Assembly (NCBI GenBank): GCA_013150955.1
Contig: JAADJD010000027.1
Coordinates: 33,522-97,521 of the forward strand
Direction of reading: 5' to 3'
DNA: 64,000 nt
DNA from: Calditrichota bacterium
GTDB lineage: Bacteria > Calditrichota > Calditrichia > RBG-13-44-9 > J042
The position numbers and the translations under genes were made by a program. Of this stretch, positions 30,433-41,281 are shown piece after piece. The notes under the pieces were generated by a model. The model searched no databases, was not told the origin of the DNA, and saw only the letters and a program-made list of their open reading frames with translations. How positions within the stretch are numbered: position 1 is the stretch's first letter; the number at the start of each line of letters is the position of its first letter.

Positions 30433-31421
30433 ATCGGGACGTTCTCACCAACGGATGGGAGTAAATAAAAAAAGGGAGCTTTTTTGGCTACCCTTTGTTC
30501 AGCGGGGCTCAGGAGACTCGAGACTTGCGCCCTTCCCGACGGTGTCGGGACGTTCTGACCAACGGAAGGGGTTGGGGAAAAAGAAAAGGGGAACGTTTGA
30601 AGCTCCCCTTTGGTTCAGCGGGGCCGACGAGACTCGGGGCCTGCGACCTTCCCGACGGTGTCGGGACGTTCTGACCAACTGAAGGGGTTGGGAAAAAGAA
30701 AGGGGAGCGTTTTGGGCTCCCCTTAGTTCAGCGGGGCCGACGAGACTCTGGGCTTGCGCCCTTCCCGACGATGTCGGGACGTTCTGACCAACTGAAGGGG
30801 TTGGGAAAAAGAAAGGGGAGCGTTTTGGGCTCCCCTTGGTTCAGCGGGGTCGAGTAGACTCGAGGCTTGCGCCCTTCCCGACGTTGTCGGGACGTTCTGA
30901 CCAACGGAAGGGGTTGGGAAAAAGAAAGGGAAGCGTTTTGGGCTCCCCTTTGGATCCGCGGGGCCGACGAGACTCGGCGTCTGCGACCTTCCCGACGATG
31001 TCGGGACGTTCTGACCAACGGAAGGGGTTGGGAAAAAGAAAGGGGAGCGTTTTGGGCTCCCCTTTGTTCAGCGGTGCTCAGGAGACTCGAGGCTTGCGCC
31101 CTTCCCGACGATGTCGGGACGTTCTCACCAACGGAAGGGGTTGGAGGAAAAAGAAAAGGGGAGCGTTTTGAGCTCCCCCTTTGTTCAGCGGTGCTCAGGA
31201 GACTCGAACTCGCGACCTTCCCGACGGTGTCGGGACGTTCTAACCAACGGAAGGGATTGGGGAAAAAGAAAAGGGGAGCGGTTTTGAGCTCCCCTTTGGA
31301 TCTGCGGGGCCGACGAGACTCTGGGCTTGCGCCCTTCCCGACGATGTCGGGACGTTCTGACCAACTGAAGGGATTGGGGAAAAAGAAAAGGGGAGCTTTT
31401 TTGAGCTCCCCTTTGGATCCG
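30433..31421 (-). repeat. tandem array (about 9 units, period about 115 bp) of decayed tRNA-Asp copies, each followed by a terminator hairpin
   Basis: Each unit keeps the tRNA-Asp 3' segment (GAGTCTCGTCGGCCCCGC) and D-arm (AGTTGGTYAGAACG) but has lost the acceptor 5' strand and anticodon loop. Each unit ends (minus strand) with GGGGAGC-n7-GCTCCCC plus TTTCTTTTT. Units are more than 90% identical to each other and about 65% to the intact tRNA. Confidence 0.85.
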
Positions 31422-31495
<74 letters not shown>

Positions 31496-31550
31496 GTTTG
31501 GCTATTTAAAGAACCGTTTACTTCCCCTCAAAGTTCCTCAAGGCGGCAAA

Positions 31551-31579
31551 AATATATAGTGGGTCGAGTGGAAAATCAA
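31551..31579 (-). promoter_or_regulatory. putative sigma-70 promoter for tRNA-Asp (TTGATT-17-TATATT on minus strand)
   Basis: Minus-strand -35 at 31579-31574 and -10 at 31556-31551, about 55 nt upstream of the tRNA 5' end. Confidence 0.3.
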
Positions 31580-31612
31580 GCATTTTTAAAAATCAAAAAT
31601 CGCCGTTTTGCC

Positions 31613-32989
31613 TTAGGTAATCCCATATTTCTTCAACTTGGACATGAAGGTGCTCCGGTGAATGCCCAGCTTTTCCGCCGTGCGCAACTTGTTGAAATTG
31701 TTCTCCCGCAGTGCCTTCAAAATAATCTGCTTTTCATAAGCATCCACCAGTTCATTTAACGAGCGGTTGGTATCGATTTCGAACGTTTCGGGTTCCTGGG
31801 ACTGCACCACGTAAGGCGGAAAATCCTTAATGGTCAAAATTCCCGTTTTGTTCAGCACGACGGCACGTTCCAGCAAATTTTCCAGCTCGCGAATATTCCC
31901 CGGCCAGTGGTACGATTGCAGATACTTCATGGCTTCATCATCCACGGCCTGAATCTGTTTATTGAATTCCCGGTTAAACTTCTCCAGAAAGTGGCTCACC
32001 AGCAGGGGAATATCGTCCCGCCGTTCCCGTAACGGAGGCACCTCGATGGGGATAACATTCAACCGGTAGTACAGGTCCTGACGGAATTCTCCCTTTTGCA
32101 TGGCTTCTTCCAGATTGCGGTTGGTGGCCGCGATGATGCGCACATCCACCTTAATCGTTTCCGTGCCGCCAACGCGTTCAAATTCTCCTTCCTGAATAAC
32201 CCGCAACAATTTCAATTGCATGTTGGGGGAAATGTCCCCAATTTCATCCAGAAAAATGGTTCCCCCGTGGGCCAGTTCAAAGCGCCCCAGTTTATCTTTG
32301 ATGGCCCCGGTAAAGGCGCCTTTCACGTGACCAAAAAGCTCACTTTCCAGCAGGTTTTCCGCCAGCACGGCACAATTCACCTTTACGAAAGGTTTTTTGG
32401 CACGATCGGAATTAAAGTGAATGGCGTGGGCAATCAGCTCTTTTCCGGTACCGCTCTCTCCCCGGATCAACACCGTGGAGCTGGTTTTGGCCACATCCTT
32501 AACCAGCTCGAACAGCTCCAGCATCTTTTTGTTTTTACCAACGATGTTGTCGAACTTGTATTTCTTGGCCAGTTTTTCTCGCAGGTATTCATTTTCCCGG
32601 ATAAGGGATTTTAGCTGGGCAATGGTTTCGACCTTGGCCACAATTTCATCCAGCCGCAGCGGTTTCAGGATGTAGTCCTTGGCCCCTTTCTTCATGGCCT
32701 CCACCGCCGTTTCGATGGTGCCGTGGGCGGTGATCATGATGACCGCAATGTCCGGGTACTTCTTGCTCACCACGTCCAGCAACTTCATCCCGTCCATTTC
32801 CGGCATCACCAAATCGGAAATCATAATGTCCGGTTCGTGGTCGCGAATGATGCTCAGGGCTTCCAGGCCGTTCCGGGCCGTGTACGTCTCGTATCCGTTC
32901 TTTTGAAACAGCTCCTCCATTAAGTCCAGTGCATCCACTTCGTCGTCCACAATGAGAATTCGGGTTTTCAATGCGTTACCCTCCTGCAT
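31613..32989 (-). CDS. sigma-54-dependent response regulator (NtrC family: REC + AAA+ + HTH)
   Basis: REC domain (…ILIVDDE…D…ISDLVMPEMDG…KP…), GESGTGKE, GAFTGA, C-terminal Fis-type HTH. Confidence 0.88.
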   Translation of the reverse strand: MQEGNALKTRILIVDDEVDALDLMEELFQKNGYETYTARNGLEALSIIRDHEPDIMISDLVMPEMDGMKLLDVVSKKYPDIAVIMITAHGTIETAVEAMKKGAKDYILKPLRLDEIVAKVETIAQLKSLIRENEYLREKLAKKYKFDNIVGKNKKMLELFELVKDVAKTSSTVLIRGESGTGKELIAHAIHFNSDRAKKPFVKVNCAVLAENLLESELFGHVKGAFTGAIKDKLGRFELAHGGTIFLDEIGDISPNMQLKLLRVIQEGEFERVGGTETIKVDVRIIAATNRNLEEAMQKGEFRQDLYYRLNVIPIEVPPLRERRDDIPLLVSHFLEKFNREFNKQIQAVDDEAMKYLQSYHWPGNIRELENLLERAVVLNKTGILTIKDFPPYVVQSQEPETFEIDTNRSLNELVDAYEKQIILKALRENNFNKLRTAEKLGIHRSTFMSKLKKYGIT

Positions 32990-33003
32990 ATGGTTATGGT
33001 CGC

Positions 33004-34527
33004 TTATTTATTTCGCTTTTTACTACGGGTGGTCGTTGACCGGCTTTCGGTGTTGGGAGCCGGTTGCCGATCGTATACCGGAAATTCAATGACCAGGGTG
33101 GAGGTTTGCTGTTCGTCTTCATCGATGCGCAGGGTGCCGCCGTAGTTGGAGAAGATCGTGTGCACGATGGCCGATTCCAGGCTCGACCCCGAGGTTGCCG
33201 ATTGCGTAAGCAGCCGGAATGGTTCAAATGTTTTTGCCAGATTGTGTTTGCCTTCGGGAACAAATTCCAGACGAACCCGCGGTTTGGGTGAAAAGGCCTT
33301 CGACACATGGGCGCTGATGGTTAAACCGATGGGCTCGCTTGTCATATTCTGGAATCCCAGAAACAGATAATGGAACGCATCCTCAAACTGATACTTATTC
33401 GCCTCGATGCGAACCTCCCGTACCGCCGGTTGAAAATCCATTTTAAAGCGCACGTTGGAGTATTGCTCCTGCCGCTTTTGGATGAAATTTTCAAGAAACT
33501 CCGTGATGGAAAAGATTTCCGGAATGGTATCGTCCCAGTTAACATTAAATTTCAGCAACTGGGTAACAATGTAGGAAATGCGATCGATTTGCCGCTGAAT
33601 AATCTCGAAACTCTTCTGGTATCGCCGATCGGTGAAGTCCTTTTTTAACAGCTGAATGCGTCCGGAAAGGATGTTAATGGGATTGCGAATCTCGTGAGCC
33701 AGTGCATTGGCCAGATTGGCGATGCTGGCCAGTTTTTCCTTGCGCAACAACTGGTTGAACAGTTCGTTCTGAAACGTGGTGTTCTCCAGAGTAATGATCA
33801 GTCCGGCCGTTTGACTCCCGTTTTCATGAAGAAAGTCCGCACTGAGGTTAACGTCCAGCTTCTGCTGATTGTCCACCCGCAGGGTCACCCGGTAGCCACC
33901 CACCGGTTTCCCGATCATTAACTGATGATACACGTGGTTCAGCACCTTGTACCCGTCAATGATGTAATTCTGCAGGTTCTGGTTGAACAGTTCATCAAAG
34001 GATGTTTTCAGGAATTCCTCGGCCGTGCTATTGCAGTACTGGATTAAAAAATCCAGGTTGACCACAAAAATGGCCTCGCTGCTACTGTTCAACAGATTTT
34101 CATAAAAGCGACGGGTTTTCTGGTTTTCTTCGATCAGTCGTTGATTTTCTTCCCGCAGGTTCAGGTGGGTGGTAGCCTGCAGCAGCGCCGCGTTGAGGGC
34201 CTCTACCGGAAACGGTTTCAACAGGTACGCGTCCACGCCATAGTTCAGCGCGCTGATGGTATTTTCCAGCGTGGCATTTCCCGTGATGACGATGGTGTAC
34301 GCATGGGGAAAGCGATGTTTCAGGCGCTCGTACACCTGCAATCCGGTACCATCGGGCAGCACCATGTCCAGTATGGCGATGTCGATCTTTTGCTGTTCAA
34401 TCAGCGTGCGGGCATCGGACAGGGAATGACCGACGAACACATCGTAACCCAGTGACCGAAGGTGCTTTTCCAGGTCTAAGCAAATTTCTTTTTCATCATC
34501 AATGAGTAAAACTTTCCAGGGGGTCAT
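33004..34527 (-). CDS. hybrid sensor: N-terminal receiver domain + PAS + HisKA dimerisation/phosphoacceptor domain, with divergent ATP-binding region
   Basis: REC (…VLLIDDE…DMVLPDGTG…KP…), PAS-like middle, H-box …ALAHEIRNPIN…. Downstream N/G1/G2 boxes are poorly conserved (FQNMTSEP…PEGKHN…SGSSLES). Confidence 0.7.
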   Translation of the reverse strand: MTPWKVLLIDDEKEICLDLEKHLRSLGYDVFVGHSLSDARTLIEQQKIDIAILDMVLPDGTGLQVYERLKHRFPHAYTIVITGNATLENTISALNYGVDAYLLKPFPVEALNAALLQATTHLNLREENQRLIEENQKTRRFYENLLNSSSEAIFVVNLDFLIQYCNSTAEEFLKTSFDELFNQNLQNYIIDGYKVLNHVYHQLMIGKPVGGYRVTLRVDNQQKLDVNLSADFLHENGSQTAGLIITLENTTFQNELFNQLLRKEKLASIANLANALAHEIRNPINILSGRIQLLKKDFTDRRYQKSFEIIQRQIDRISYIVTQLLKFNVNWDDTIPEIFSITEFLENFIQKRQEQYSNVRFKMDFQPAVREVRIEANKYQFEDAFHYLFLGFQNMTSEPIGLTISAHVSKAFSPKPRVRLEFVPEGKHNLAKTFEPFRLLTQSATSGSSLESAIVHTIFSNYGGTLRIDEDEQQTSTLVIEFPVYDRQPAPNTESRSTTTRSKKRNK

Positions 34528-34540
34528 GGGAATTCCTGTT

Positions 34541-36004
34541 CTATGATTGCTGCAATTGTTCCTGAAGCCGTTCTTTTCTGGCCAGGAAATTTTTTAGTCG
34601 ACGCAACACCACCTCTTTTCCCAGTACCACCATGAGTTCGAACAAACCCGGGGTGACGGTCTGTCCACTGATGGCCAGTCGAACGGGATGAATCAATTTG
34701 GCAGCCGAGATGCCTTTTTGCTCGGCGAATTCACGCAGCAGTTGTTCTACCGTGGCTTCGGTGAAGGGTTCCAGCTGTTCCAGTTGCTGAGTCCATTCGG
34801 CCAGATATTCCCAGATTTCCGGACGCTTCAGATGTTTGCGCAATCCTTTCTCGTCGTAGGTTTCCGGATCACGGTAAAAATACATTGCGGAATCGACAAA
34901 TTCGGTTAACAACTTCACCCGGCTTTTCAGCAGGTCTATGACCTGTAACAGGTAGGGTTTTTGCCGAATGGCTTCGCTTTCGCTCATCACTCCGCGTTCG
35001 ACCAGCACCTCCATCACCAGCGCCCACAGGCGTTCGGTGGAGGTTTGGCTGATGTATTGTCCGTTCATCCAGATGAGTTTCTTTTCGTCGAAGACGGCGT
35101 TATTCCGGGAAATCCCCTCCAGAGAAAATCGCTGGAGGATTTCATCGCGGGAAAGGATTTCCCGGTCGTCTCCCGGTGACCATCCCAGCAGCGCCAGATA
35201 ATTGAACAACGCATCGGCCAGGATGCCTTTTTGACGGTATTCGTCCACCGAAGTCGCCCCGTGGCGTTTGCTCAGCCGTTTCCTGTCCGGCCCCAGGATC
35301 AGGGGAACGTGAGCAAATTGGGGAACGTCCCAGCCAAATGCCTGATAAAGTAAGATTTGTTTGGGGGTATTGGAAATATGATCGTCCCCGCGAATGACGT
35401 GAGTAATCCCCATGTAGTGGTCATCCACCACCACCGCCAGCTGGTAAATCGGGCTGCCATCGGAGCGGAGGATGATAAAGTCATCGATTTCGCGATTTTG
35501 CACTTCAATGGGGCCGTGGACGCCATCCACCCATCGGGTGGTGCCTTCCGGCACTTTGAAACGGATGGCAAACGGAATGCCCGCGGCCATGCGATCCTTA
35601 ACCTCCTGGGGGCTCAGGCGTCGGCAGGTGCCATCATAGCGGTAGGCCCGTTTCTCGGCCGCTGCCCGGGCACGCTTTTCGTCCAGTTCTTCTTTGGTGC
35701 AGAAGCAGGGGTACGCATGCCCACTGCGTACCAGCTGATGGGCGTGTTCCCGATGAATGGCCGCGCGCCGGCCCTGATAAATCACCTCTTCATCCCAGGT
35801 CAGTCCCAGCCAGACCAGGCCCTCAAAGATCTGGCGGGTCATCTCTTCACTGGAACGCTCTTTGTCGGTATCCTCGATCCGTAACAGGAATTTGCCCTGA
35901 TGTTTTCGAGCAAACAGCCAGTTGAACAAAGCCGTTCGGGCACCTCCAACGTGTAAATACCCGGTGGGACTGGGAGCAAATCGCGTGCGCACTTCGGTTG
36001 CCAT
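34541..36004 (-). CDS. gltX: glutamate--tRNA ligase
   Basis: HIGH motif (…PSPTGYLHVGGARTA…), KMSKS-like (…RLSKRHG…), 487 aa. Confidence 0.92.
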   Translation of the reverse strand: MATEVRTRFAPSPTGYLHVGGARTALFNWLFARKHQGKFLLRIEDTDKERSSEEMTRQIFEGLVWLGLTWDEEVIYQGRRAAIHREHAHQLVRSGHAYPCFCTKEELDEKRARAAAEKRAYRYDGTCRRLSPQEVKDRMAAGIPFAIRFKVPEGTTRWVDGVHGPIEVQNREIDDFIILRSDGSPIYQLAVVVDDHYMGITHVIRGDDHISNTPKQILLYQAFGWDVPQFAHVPLILGPDRKRLSKRHGATSVDEYRQKGILADALFNYLALLGWSPGDDREILSRDEILQRFSLEGISRNNAVFDEKKLIWMNGQYISQTSTERLWALVMEVLVERGVMSESEAIRQKPYLLQVIDLLKSRVKLLTEFVDSAMYFYRDPETYDEKGLRKHLKRPEIWEYLAEWTQQLEQLEPFTEATVEQLLREFAEQKGISAAKLIHPVRLAISGQTVTPGLFELMVVLGKEVVLRRLKNFLARKERLQEQLQQS

Positions 36005-36301
36005 ACGATAATCATCCTTTGTCGTTTCGAATGCTTCTCCACACTGTCTATTTTTTGGACAATATAGGATATATCGACACCGGCGTCAAATTCTTTTGCA
36101 TTCCATGAAAAAAAGTGTCAGAATTTTCACCACTTTTGTCCACTTCGGCGACAGCGAGTGGCAGGGTGTTTAAAAATGCAACATACGGCATGCATGCAAA
36201 GAAAATTCCGGATTTGTCATTTTTAAGAAAGGGTTTCAAAAAAGCTTCCTTTCGTGTAAACTATGGAAACGGATGAACCGAAAAGCGAGGCTCGCACGCA
36301 T

Positions 36302-37288
36302 ATGAAGGTGTTTGTTACCGGAGCAACGGGATTTGTGGGCAGCTGGGTGGTGGCGGAGTTTATTCGACAGTATCCAGAGGCGCAGCTGGTTTGTCTGGTG
36401 CGGCCCACCAGTAACCTGCGCTGGTTGCAGCATCAGCCGGTCATTTTATTTACCGGAAGCCTGACCGATCCCGAAAGCCTGTTACCGGCCCTGGAGGGTG
36501 TGGATTACGTCTTGCACATCGCCGGGGTCACCAAGGCACTGCATATTGCCGATTATTATCGGGGCAATGTTGCAGCCACGCAGAATTTACTGGAGGCGGT
36601 GTATCGGGCAGCGCCAGATGTACAGAAAGTGGTTCACATCAGCAGTCAGGCAGCGGTGGGGCCATCGCCTTCCCCCGAACCCATCGACGAATCCCATCCC
36701 TGTCACCCGATTACGGATTACGGAAAGAGCAAACTGGAAAGCGAAAAAATCGCCCGGCAGTGGATGGATCGACTTCCCATTACCATCCTGCGCCCTCCAG
36801 CCGTTTACGGCCCCCGGGATACGGATGTTTTTCAGGTGTTTAAGAACCTGAAGTGGGGAATTGAGCTGAAGATTGGGGGGCGGGAACAATGGGTGAGCAT
36901 CATTCACGTATTCGATCTGGCCCGGGGGATCGTGCTGGCGGCCACCCATCCGGCTTCCGCCGGAGAAACCTACTTTGTTTGCAATGATGATGTGTATCCC
37001 TGGTCGCATATTACCCGGCTGCTGCAGCAGATTATAGGGAAAAAAGCCGTCACCCTCTCCATTCCCTATCCCATTGCTTACGGGGCAGCGGCCATCATCG
37101 AGGCGGTGGCGTATTTACGGAGAAAGCCCACCATTTTGAACCGCCAGAAGATGCGCGAAGTCCGCCAGCCATACTGGGGCATTTCCAACCGTAAGATCAA
37201 GCAACAGCTGGGCTTCCGGCAATCCATTTCCCTGGAAGAGGGGCTGCGCCAGACGTTTCAATGGTACCTGGAACAGGGATGGCTGTAA
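36302..37288 (+). CDS. NAD-dependent epimerase/dehydratase (extended SDR family)
   Basis: …KVFVTGATGFVGSWV… Rossmann motif and YxxxK region. ATG 36302; the track ORF starts at 36263. Confidence 0.8.
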   Translation: MKVFVTGATGFVGSWVVAEFIRQYPEAQLVCLVRPTSNLRWLQHQPVILFTGSLTDPESLLPALEGVDYVLHIAGVTKALHIADYYRGNVAATQNLLEAVYRAAPDVQKVVHISSQAAVGPSPSPEPIDESHPCHPITDYGKSKLESEKIARQWMDRLPITILRPPAVYGPRDTDVFQVFKNLKWGIELKIGGREQWVSIIHVFDLARGIVLAATHPASAGETYFVCNDDVYPWSHITRLLQQIIGKKAVTLSIPYPIAYGAAAIIEAVAYLRRKPTILNRQKMREVRQPYWGISNRKIKQQLGFRQSISLEEGLRQTFQWYLEQGWL

Positions 37289-37420
37289 AGGCGGCGCCGC
37301 ATGGCGTTGGCCGGGTAGCCGGTTGTTTTTACAGGAGATTCATTTTGCTGGATTGGTACGGTGGTGGGATGACTCTTCAGACAGGACGCGAATTTGAGGT
37401 TTTTCCAGCCGGAGATGTTT

Positions 37421-37592
37421 GACCCGGATTAATCATTAAACCACGAATTACACGGATGAACACAAATAAAATTAATATGAAATAAATTTAATTGTATCTG
37501 GATGAAAACTTGTTTTCGTGATTTATTCGCGATTTTGTGGATGGATTTTGGTTGCATTCGTGTGATTCGCGGTTTAACACATTATTCAGGAT
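37421..37592. repeat. MITE-like element, forward
   Basis: Identity to family consensus. Confidence 0.85.
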
Positions 37593-37732
37593 AAGGTCGG
37601 AGGCCTGGAGTACAGCCGGTTCAGCGGACGGTTTTTGTTCAACACCCGGTTTTGAAAATCAGAAAAATCTTCGGAAACCTCAAGATTCCGTTATAAATTT
37701 GGCATTGCGGATGAGAAAATGTGAGGAGACAT

Positions 37733-39019
37733 ATGCCATTAACCCCTGAAGAGGAAAAGCGTTTACGGGAACAGATCCGTAAGGAGCTGGAGGAGCGTGA
37801 GCGTCGCGCGCGGGAAAGCAAGCAGAAGGAAGAGGAGGAACGGCAGCGCCGGCTGGAGGAGCGCCTGCGGCTGAAAATTCGGGAGGAGGAAGAAGAGCGC
37901 TTTTATACCGAAAAGGGTTATGTGAAATACATCAATCACCGCGGCGGGGTGGAGTGGATCACCCCGGAGGAAGCAAAAGCCCGGGAAGAACGCCGGCGAA
38001 AGAAGAAGCCTTCCCGTCACCGGAGCTCCCATCGGCGCCGCAAATGGATGCGCCTGCTGGTCAATGCCGGGTTGGTTCTGGTGGCCTTGATGGTTTTTGC
38101 GTTTCTGTACAAGTACAATTTTACCCGCGGGCCGGTGTTTGGAAAGGTGCTGGTGGTGACCGACATTCCCGGAGCCCAGATTTATCTGGATGGGATGGAG
38201 ATGAAAGGGTTTACCCCGGATACCCTTCTGCGGGTCAAGACCGGGGTGCATTATATATCGGTGTACAAGGAAGGATATTCCGCCTGGCCGCCCATGCAGC
38301 GGGTTGCGGTGGGGAAAAGCAAGCTTACTGAGGTGCGCTTCAAACTGCGGGGACTGGCTCCGATGGGCGAGGTGATTATTGAAACCGATCGATCCCCCTT
38401 CCAGTTGTTCATCGATGGGGTGCCGCACCCGATGGAAGGGCCGGTGTTGAAAGTGCCGGTCGGCTACCATGTTTTTACGGTGGTGAAGAAAGGATTTCTC
38501 GCGCGTCCGCTATATCATCGCGTGCTGGTGGAAGAAGGAAAAACCCAGACTCTCAACTTCACCTTTCAGCCGGTGGCCGAGTATGGTTACCTGCGGGTTT
38601 CCAGTAATGAATCCCAGGCCTGGGTTTACATTGATAATCAGTTTTCGGGTTTCAAGGCCAATCACCAGTGGATCCCTGTGGAACCGGGCATCTATGATGT
38701 GCGCGTTCGGAAAAACGGATTTCAGGTCAGCCCGGATTACGAAACAGTGAACATTCTCCCCGGTGAGCTGCAGTCCCTGGTCTTCGATCTGCAACCGGTG
38801 GAAGATTTTCGAGAAATCAATATCCGAACGCAGGAGCCGGGTGCCGCCGTTATCCTGAATGGCGAATGGCTACCCTTTGTCACGCCCCTGATGCAGTTTC
38901 GCATCTCCGCAGGGGATCACTTTCTGAATTTTATGCGCAACGGAAAACTGTACAGCGCTACCGACGTGCACATCGATTCGCGAAAGATTACCGCGGGTGA
39001 GCTGTATTTTCGATTCTGA
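37733..39019 (+). CDS. PEGA-domain repeat protein with charged N-terminal coiled coil and one TM helix
   Basis: N-terminal E/R/K-rich region (…EERERRARESKQKEEEERQRRLEERLRLK…), TM (LLVNAGLVLVALMVFAFLY), then several about 70-aa PEGA-like repeats (…GAQIYLDG…G.TP…). GAGGAG RBS before ATG 37733. Confidence 0.65.
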   Translation: MPLTPEEEKRLREQIRKELEERERRARESKQKEEEERQRRLEERLRLKIREEEEERFYTEKGYVKYINHRGGVEWITPEEAKAREERRRKKKPSRHRSSHRRRKWMRLLVNAGLVLVALMVFAFLYKYNFTRGPVFGKVLVVTDIPGAQIYLDGMEMKGFTPDTLLRVKTGVHYISVYKEGYSAWPPMQRVAVGKSKLTEVRFKLRGLAPMGEVIIETDRSPFQLFIDGVPHPMEGPVLKVPVGYHVFTVVKKGFLARPLYHRVLVEEGKTQTLNFTFQPVAEYGYLRVSSNESQAWVYIDNQFSGFKANHQWIPVEPGIYDVRVRKNGFQVSPDYETVNILPGELQSLVFDLQPVEDFREINIRTQEPGAAVILNGEWLPFVTPLMQFRISAGDHFLNFMRNGKLYSATDVHIDSRKITAGELYFRF

Positions 39020-39145
39020 ACGGTGCCGGAGAACCACGCCCGCAACGAATTTTTGAGAAAATTCCCTCGTCTCTGCAAGTCTGGACAGGGGATAGAATGA
39101 GCGTGTTTTCGATAGATTTCGGAGCGGGATTCAGATGGTTCGTTT

Positions 39146-39320
39146 TAACCCGGATAATGCATGAAACCACGAATCACACGAATGAATCCAAAAATATCAA
39201 TAAAATCACGAATAATCCCCGGAACTATTTTTATTCAGATATAACTGATGTATTTTATTGTTATTATTCGTTTTAATTCGTGTAATTCGTAGACTATTGC
39301 ATAATCTGGGTTCATCAGGT
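39146..39320. repeat. MITE-like element, reverse orientation
   Basis: Reverse complement of family consensus. Confidence 0.85.
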
Positions 39321-39405
39321 AAAAGGATTGTTTTCCGGGAAGTGAGTCGTTTTCGTACGTCTGCTTTTCTCTGCTGAGTTTCCGCAATGAGAAAGGATCG
39401 GAGAG

Positions 39406-40263
39406 ATGGATGACAAACCATTGGCTGTGTTTTACCAGGGGGTAGAGGCCTCTCTGAAAGCGGCTCTGGAGGATTTCCGCCGAACTCATGTACCCCGCTC
39501 CCGGCGCATTGGCGATACAAATTGGGAGTACCTGCTCACTGGATCGGGAGATGAGACGGTGCTGTTTTTACACGGAATGGCAGGTGCCTGGGACATCTGG
39601 TGGCAACAAATTCTGGCGCTTCGGGAGCATTTCCGAATCCTTTCGCTGACCTATCCACCGGTTTATCCTCTGGCCGCACTGGAGCAGGGCATTCTGGCAC
39701 TGCTGGATCAGGAAGGCATTGAAAAAGTGCATCTGGTTGGCACCTCGCTGGGAGGCTACCTGGCCCAGTATCTCTTTAGCCGACAGCCGTACCGGGTGCT
39801 CCGCGTGGTGCTGTCCAATACTTTTCCTCCCAATTCATTGATTGCCCGGAAACATCGGTTTACCGGCAAATGGTTGCCGCTTGTCCCCGAAAAAATCTTG
39901 CTGCACCAATTCCGAAAACATGTGCAGCGGGTGATTTATCCCACTTCGGGGTATGACGAATTAACACGAGCCATGCTGATGGAGATGTTCCAGGAGCGCA
40001 TTCACAAAGCCCACATTCTGGCCCGGTTTCGGTGTGTGATGGAATCCTTCCCACTCCGTGTGCCAGAGGTGCCGCTGTTGATCATCGAGTCGGCCAACGA
40101 TCCCTTGGTGGAACTCGAGCTGCGCGCATTGTTGCGCAAGGCTTATCCCGATGCCCGCGTGTTTACCTTTCCAGATGCCGGACATTTCCCTTATTTGAAT
40201 CGCGCACAGGAATATTCCCGGCAACTGTTAACCTTCCTAAAGGAACCGGTTCAACTGAAGTGA
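39406..40263 (+). CDS. alpha/beta-fold hydrolase
   Basis: Nucleophile elbow GTSLGG; HGxxG oxyanion region; C-terminal GHFP catalytic His. Confidence 0.75.
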   Translation: MDDKPLAVFYQGVEASLKAALEDFRRTHVPRSRRIGDTNWEYLLTGSGDETVLFLHGMAGAWDIWWQQILALREHFRILSLTYPPVYPLAALEQGILALLDQEGIEKVHLVGTSLGGYLAQYLFSRQPYRVLRVVLSNTFPPNSLIARKHRFTGKWLPLVPEKILLHQFRKHVQRVIYPTSGYDELTRAMLMEMFQERIHKAHILARFRCVMESFPLRVPEVPLLIIESANDPLVELELRALLRKAYPDARVFTFPDAGHFPYLNRAQEYSRQLLTFLKEPVQLK

Positions 40264-40290
40264 TGGGAAAGGGTTGCCGGTTAAGCAATT

Positions 40291-40460
40291 AAACCCAAAT
40301 TATGCAATAGCCTACGAATGACCCGAATGAACACCAACAGAAATAATAAAATGTACTGGATTCTATCCGGATGAAAATGTTTCCTGAATATATTCGCTAT
40401 TTTGTTGATTTTTTTCGAATTCATTCGCGTGATTCGCGGTTTAATGCTTTATTTGGGATA
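40291..40460. repeat. MITE-like element, forward
   Basis: Identity to family consensus. Confidence 0.85.
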
Positions 40461-40536
40461 TCATCTTCACCTGTATCGGTTTTCAACAGGGACGTCCGGG
40501 ATTTTTCTCTCCCCCCATTGACAAATTCCCGGTGGA

Positions 40537-41220
40537 ATGTTACTTTGTAATATGAACCGGTTGCGCTGGAAATGGATCTTCATCACCCTTTCCCTGGCGG
40601 CGGTCGTGGGTGCGGTAACCTTTCGCTTTTTCCCCGAGTATGTGGGACTGGTCTGGTTGTTTTTTTACATCATCCCCAGTAATTCATTCATTCCATTTCC
40701 CCATGAACCCGCTATTATCTACTACGGTAAATTGTATGGCCCCATGTTAACCACACTTACGGCGCTGGTGCCCACCATCATCGCCTGTTACATCGATTAC
40801 GAGGTGCTCACTCCGGCATTTGATCGTACCCGGTTGGGAAAAATTCGCCACACCCGTGTGTACCGCAAAACGCTGTATTATTTTTCCAAGGCGCCTTTTT
40901 TCACCAATGCGTTTGCAGCGCTGTCACCGGTGCCGTTCTATCCGGTGCGGATCCTGTCCATCAGCAGTGGATACCCCGCGTATAAATACACGCTGGCGGT
41001 GCTGCTGGGTCGATTACCCCGGTATTTTATTCTGGCTTACGGCGGTGCGGCGTTGAATGTCCCCAACGGGGTGATCTTGCTTTTCTTTATTGGCATTTTA
41101 ATTTCCATTGCCATTCAACGATGGCGCAAGCCGGCAACGGCATCGCCCGAAATGGCTTTTGTTCTGGAGCCTGCAGAGGACGCCAAACCGGTTCGGAATT
41201 TCTGGGCAACCAAACAGTAG
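40537..41220 (+). CDS. DedA / VTT-domain (SNARE-associated) family membrane protein
   Basis: Polytopic. …PFPHEPAIIYYGKLYGP… and …RLPRYFILAYGGAAL… resemble the VTT re-entrant-loop motifs. Confidence 0.5.
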   Translation: MLLCNMNRLRWKWIFITLSLAAVVGAVTFRFFPEYVGLVWLFFYIIPSNSFIPFPHEPAIIYYGKLYGPMLTTLTALVPTIIACYIDYEVLTPAFDRTRLGKIRHTRVYRKTLYYFSKAPFFTNAFAALSPVPFYPVRILSISSGYPAYKYTLAVLLGRLPRYFILAYGGAALNVPNGVILLFFIGILISIAIQRWRKPATASPEMAFVLEPAEDAKPVRNFWATKQ

Positions 41221-41281
41221 CCGTACAGGCTTTCCCGAATGCCGACAATCCGTCTCATCTCCAAATAAAGGAGGCCCCACC

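Noticed and set aside
30433-31421. Possibility that the array is a CRISPR locus
   Set aside because: Units are 115 bp with no alternating unique spacers. The entire unit is repeated and is tRNA-derived. No cas genes.
36005-36262. Possible T-box leader upstream of gltX
   Set aside because: No T-box consensus (AATTAGGGTGGTACCGCG) or specifier/antiterminator architecture present.
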